From a virus (taxonomy: Duplodnaviria; Caudoviricetes): 58,656 nucleotides of DNA. A program made the translations under genes and the position numbers. The notes under the pieces were generated by a model, which saw nothing but the letters and a program-made list of their open reading frames with translations, was not told the origin of the DNA and ran no database searches. Positions 55,085 through 58,656 of this stretch are shown piece after piece (the first letter of the stretch is position 1; each line of letters starts with the position of its first letter). The DNA lies in IMG/VR virus record IMGVR_UViG_3300032334_000389, positions 1 through 58,656 of that record. One strand, given 5' to 3'.

Positions 55085-56298
55085 AAATAATCCTTTTTAA
55101 AATGGTTAGTTGTGTATGATTTCTTTTTAATAACTGACTTATAGATCTTTTCCTCGATACCTCCTTCAGAGAATATCCAGTACACCTTGTTGAACTTACG
55201 ATCAATGGTAGTCTGTCGATCACGCGCCTGCCAATAGCTTGTGGCAGAGAAGTCTATATTGTAGAACACCAAAAAATCAGCGTTCTTCAAAGAGATTCCC
55301 TCACGTCCAGATACAATCTGAAGGGCTATTGACTTATCGGAATCGTTAAACTCATCTAAATTAATTGTTAACTTATCGCCAAAGATAGTCTTTAGTGCGT
55401 TAAGTTCCTCCACAAACTTGTAGAATATCCCAATCTTTTTATCTTTAAAATAAGAATGTATAAACTCAGCCTTGCTTAGATCTATAACCATAGAGTCACC
55501 ACTCTCGAACTTAATTGTTCCTGAGTACATCTGGTGTAGCTTCTGCTGTAACTTAACTGAAGTGTCAGCAAGTATAACCTGTTCCTTACCTTCTATCACA
55601 AGATCCTTACGTAATCTTTCACACATTTCGTACGTAGAGTTCTTCATCTTAACCTTTAGCACCTCCTCCTCAATTTCAGAAACGAAGCCAGCCTGCTCCT
55701 GCGTGAACGTTATGATGTACGGCTTTATCACACTCATAATCTTGTTGATATCTGCATCGGTGTAATCCTTAACCTGAGCATAGCCAAGGTGCTTCATCTT
55801 GATCTTCACGTAGTTAGCAGCCCACTTGTAGAAGTTTACCTCCTTAAATGGCGAGAATAGACTGCACCAGAACTGGTGATAGAACTGGGAATAGTTCTCA
55901 GGACTAGGCGTGCCTGATAGGAATATAACAGGAAGATGACCGAACATCTTCTTGAATGTCTTAGCTCCAAGGCTTGGCTTAGGAAATGATCCGAACCTGT
56001 GATGCTCATCGTGTACCACTAGGTCAAACTTACCATCGATCTTGTGCATTGACTCGTCATTATGAACGAACAACTCGAAGTGTTTGTCGTATCCGAAGTT
56101 AATGTAATCAGACTCGATAGATGATATGGCCTTCTTCTTTGTCAGGAATAACACTCTCTTGGCTTCAAACAGTCTCGCTGTCTCAAGAGAAGTAAGTGTT
56201 TTACCAGTTCTGACGGACATACAGAGGTACACCATACCTTTGTCTCTAAGTATGTGGTTTGCCTTCTTTGATATGTCCTCTTGATAGTCTCTTAACAT
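55081..56298 (-). CDS. Superfamily 2 helicase (SNF2/DEAD-like)
   Basis: LRDYQ, VRTGKT, DEHH, LSGTP, GREGISL and QARDR motifs. Confidence 0.88.
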   Translation of the reverse strand: MLRDYQEDISKKANHILRDKGMVYLCMSVRTGKTLTSLETARLFEAKRVLFLTKKKAISSIESDYINFGYDKHFELFVHNDESMHKIDGKFDLVVHDEHHRFGSFPKPSLGAKTFKKMFGHLPVIFLSGTPSPENYSQFYHQFWCSLFSPFKEVNFYKWAANYVKIKMKHLGYAQVKDYTDADINKIMSVIKPYIITFTQEQAGFVSEIEEEVLKVKMKNSTYEMCERLRKDLVIEGKEQVILADTSVKLQQKLHQMYSGTIKFESGDSMVIDLSKAEFIHSYFKDKKIGIFYKFVEELNALKTIFGDKLTINLDEFNDSDKSIALQIVSGREGISLKNADFLVFYNIDFSATSYWQARDRQTTIDRKFNKVYWIFSEGGIEEKIYKSVIKKKSYTTNHFKKDYL

Positions 56299-56300
56299 AT

Positions 56301-56831
56301 TTAATTATTTAAGTTACTCCTATTCTGGTGTACTTCCTTCTCCATCTGTTCGTAAAATATAGTTACCTTACGTGTCTCGCATCCCATCTTATGTATTCCA
56401 GCTGGTTGATTACAGTAGGCACACTTCTCTGTGATGATCTTGTAGCCAGTATCAATACGCTTGAAGTCTTTCACTACATACTTCTTAAATCCAAAGCTAT
56501 CTAATGGCATACCTCTACTAATGTAGGGACCACCGCTTGGATCAACCATATCAATCTCATTAACTAGTGAGTCAACCATCTTAACATACTCAGGGTAGTG
56601 ATGATTATTTGTCTCATCATCCCATTCGTGAACAGATTTCTTAAATAATTCTAAAGACATAATTAACTCAGTGTGTTCATTATCTTTTAGATATGCTTCA
56701 TATGCTCTAGTGTAATCATTTGGCATACTGAACCTGCAATATTTAAATTCTCCTTCCCATAATATATCGTGGTTCTCATCTCTTGTAAATGTGAAAGTAT
56801 CACCGTACCTGTTTTTATAACTGTTTTTCAT
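56301..56831 (-). CDS. Hypothetical protein (176 aa)
   Basis: YKNRYGDTFTF...MVDPSGGPYI; C-terminal CxxC..H..C. Confidence 0.75.
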   Translation of the reverse strand: MKNSYKNRYGDTFTFTRDENHDILWEGEFKYCRFSMPNDYTRAYEAYLKDNEHTELIMSLELFKKSVHEWDDETNNHHYPEYVKMVDSLVNEIDMVDPSGGPYISRGMPLDSFGFKKYVVKDFKRIDTGYKIITEKCAYCNQPAGIHKMGCETRKVTIFYEQMEKEVHQNRSNLNN

Positions 56832-57103
56832 AACTTACTTAAATTTATTATTATTATTAACTCGCATAGTAATCCACCAACAACAGTCCAAATAAAATCA
56901 AAAATATCTGCGTTGTTTTTTTTTGAATAGTGATCAAAAACTTCCTTCAGGGCTCCTATAATTATAACTGTAATCATAGCATAAAACCTATCTAAAAAAA
57001 TATAGGACAGTATGTATATAACTACTCCGTAAATTAAATGATTTGCTTTGTCTTCTACTAATAATGGTAGTGTCATTTGACGTATGTTCTTTAAGTTAAT
57101 CAT
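56828..57103 (-). CDS. Small membrane protein (VanZ-like)
   Basis: DKANH...GALKE..D.....ADIFD...T..GG with three hydrophobic segments. Confidence 0.6.
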   Translation of the reverse strand: MINLKNIRQMTLPLLVEDKANHLIYGVVIYILSYIFLDRFYAMITVIIIGALKEVFDHYSKKNNADIFDFIWTVVGGLLCELIIIINLSKL

Positions 57104-57528
57104 AGTTTTGATTTTATTAGTTTAATTAATTCTCCTATATCAATACTAACATTATCCTTTTTTATATTGTGTGGAAAGTTCCACATAATATCAGTATAAC
57201 TTAAACAAGGTTTATTATCTAATATAAACTCCTCTGCCTCTTCTTTTGTTTTGAAGTACTGTCTACTATCGTTAGATTGGTATAAACAAGTCTCAATTAA
57301 GTATGGCTCGTACGGATTAAATACCGTATCTTTTTTAGTAAATACAATCCACCACAAATTATCATTAACCTTCTCCCAATACTCAGGGTTATCTTCAACG
57401 TGGTTATTAAGAATACAAAGGTTTTTATTTCCGCTTCTATAAAAATAACTTTTAGAACTTGGTTCTTTCTCAACTATAGTTCCCAACTCAGGAGAACCTG
57501 GATACTCTTTAATTAGTTTATATTTCAT
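57100..57528 (-). CDS. Hypothetical protein (142 aa)
   Basis: YKLIKEYPGSPELGT, PEYWEKV, F.TKEEAEEFIL.NKPCLS. Confidence 0.75.
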   Translation of the reverse strand: MKYKLIKEYPGSPELGTIVEKEPSSKSYFYRSGNKNLCILNNHVEDNPEYWEKVNDNLWWIVFTKKDTVFNPYEPYLIETCLYQSNDSRQYFKTKEEAEEFILDNKPCLSYTDIMWNFPHNIKKDNVSIDIGELIKLIKSKL

Positions 57529-57797
57529 AACCTCTCTTTTTTAGTTACAACCTCGTAAATTCTTTCCCTGTTCACTAGCTTTAGTAATACAACCAACATC
57601 TCTGCTGTGTGGTAGTCTAAATAAATTAACGAACCATCCTGTGTTCGGACATCTAAACCATCTCCATCGTCAACTATCTCTAGCGCCAAATCTGTTGGTT
57701 TTGTCCAGTCACCGTTATCTGAGAAGTACAACTCGTGGTTGGTATCCTCTAACTTGTAATCGTACTCGTGCTTGTTATCTACTATTATCTGTTCCAT
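57525..57797 (-). CDS. Hypothetical protein (90 aa)
   Basis: ORF track; ATGA coupling. Confidence 0.7.
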   Translation of the reverse strand: MEQIIVDNKHEYDYKLEDTNHELYFSDNGDWTKPTDLALEIVDDGDGLDVRTQDGSLIYLDYHTAEMLVVLLKLVNRERIYEVVTKKERL

Positions 57798-57809
57798 TTT
57801 ATTTATTTT

Positions 57810-58656
57810 TTAAAAATTTAATTCTAATTCAGTTTGACTTCTTGGTATTAAATCATTTATTCCACACATACCATTACACTCAAATAATGGTTCTACTTTT
57901 CTATCTGGCATATCTGCAAGTGATTTATTATTAGGGTATGCTGGATTGTGTTTTAGAAATACTAGGTGAGATTTTGAATCTACCTTCATATTTTCTTTAG
58001 CTTCATTTGATTGATCCTTAAGCATAGTTATAGGCTCACCCTTTAACTCTGTTAATTCGTGTTCTAAATCAGCCATAACATCAAACTTATCTGGAAAGTC
58101 TCTCTGCATTTTTTGCCAGTAACCTATTCCTCCTTGAACACATCCCGTGTTGAAGCAGTTATTGTTTTGAAACCCTAACTTATACATTTCAGGTATTTCC
58201 AATCCAGCATCCTCGACAATTTTAATACAATCTTTCTTATCATAACCCATTAATAATAGTGGGTATATAGCCTTAGTTCTTTTCCCGTGATTCAATGTCA
58301 TTGATAATGCTCTGTTAAATTCTTTCTTATCAAACTCAAATCCAAAGACTTGATGTTTAAACTCATTAGTCTTCTCCCATTTTTCACGCACTAATCTTTT
58401 TAAATTAGTAGAACATATAGCACCAGTCGCAGTGTTTAAAGATTTATGTTTTCTCCAAACATCAAAGATACTTCCGTACTTTTCTCCTATACCAGTTATA
58501 ATTTCTATTTCAAGACCGTACCATTGCTCACAGTCTTTTTTAAATCTGTAGGTGTCTGGGTGTTCGTTTTGAGTATCAATCATTATAACTCTACAATTCC
58601 CCGCCCCATAAATATCTATAGCTAATTTACAAGCTACTGCTGAGGTTATTCCTCCA
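57810..58656 (-). CDS. PAPS-reductase-like protein, C-terminal part (true start at 152 across the junction)
   Basis: EHPDTYRF, CSTNLK, YPL, MYKLGFQNNNC..GCVQGG and ECNGMCG Cys motifs. Confidence 0.8.
   Translation of the reverse strand, partial: GGITSAVACKLAIDIYGAGNCRVIMIDTQNEHPDTYRFKKDCEQWYGLEIEIITGIGEKYGSIFDVWRKHKSLNTATGAICSTNLKRLVREKWEKTNEFKHQVFGFEFDKKEFNRALSMTLNHGKRTKAIYPLLLMGYDKKDCIKIVEDAGLEIPEMYKLGFQNNNCFNTGCVQGGIGYWQKMQRDFPDKFDVMADLEHELTELKGEPITMLKDQSNEAKENMKVDSKSHLVFLKHNPAYPNNKSLADMPDRKVEPLFECNGMCGINDLIPRSQTELELNF
58534..58656. repeat. Terminal direct repeat, right copy
   Basis: Identical to 1-123. Confidence 0.97.

Noticed and set aside
1-58656. Alternative genetic code or tRNA genes
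   Set aside because: Long genes are uninterrupted in the standard code, all three stop codons end genes, and no cloverleaf was recognised

Overview
This is a complete, circularly permuted genome of a tailed dsDNA phage. Bases 1-123 are repeated exactly at 58534-58656, giving a unit length of 58,533 bp. The host is most likely Bacteroidota (probably Flavobacteriia): TAnnTTTG -7 promoter boxes precede most operons, and start codons have A-rich leaders without Shine-Dalgarno motifs. The minus-strand arm (51045-58533 joined to 1-9617) carries early and replication genes: AEP primase-helicase, SSB-like protein, RecE-like exonuclease, Sak-like annealase, SF2 helicase, VRR-NUC, GIY-YIG, DnaA-domain-IV protein, metallophosphoesterase, acyl-CoA thioesterase, PAPS-reductase-like protein and many micro-ORFs. 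The plus-strand arm (10719-51035) carries GroEL/GroES, eight small basic proteins, a lysis cassette, fibres, terminase, portal, scaffold, major capsid, podovirus/crAss-like tail ring and stabilisation proteins, and ejection proteins including a 2498-aa polyvalent protein. I see no DNA polymerase, RNA polymerase, integrase, tRNA or CRISPR array. The most striking signals are non-coding and cluster at the strand switch. A textbook type III hammerhead ribozyme (9637-9691, minus) lies in the leader of the early operon behind a consensus promoter, and that cassette is bracketed by a ~170-bp imperfect inverted repeat with origin-like architecture (8379-8548 / 10472-10642). Elsewhere there is a kissing-loop leader RNA ahead of the GIY-YIG gene, a palindromic two-way promoter, and apparent genome-wide avoidance of CCGG and CATG. 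All protein calls rest on motif recognition and gene context; no database searches were run.
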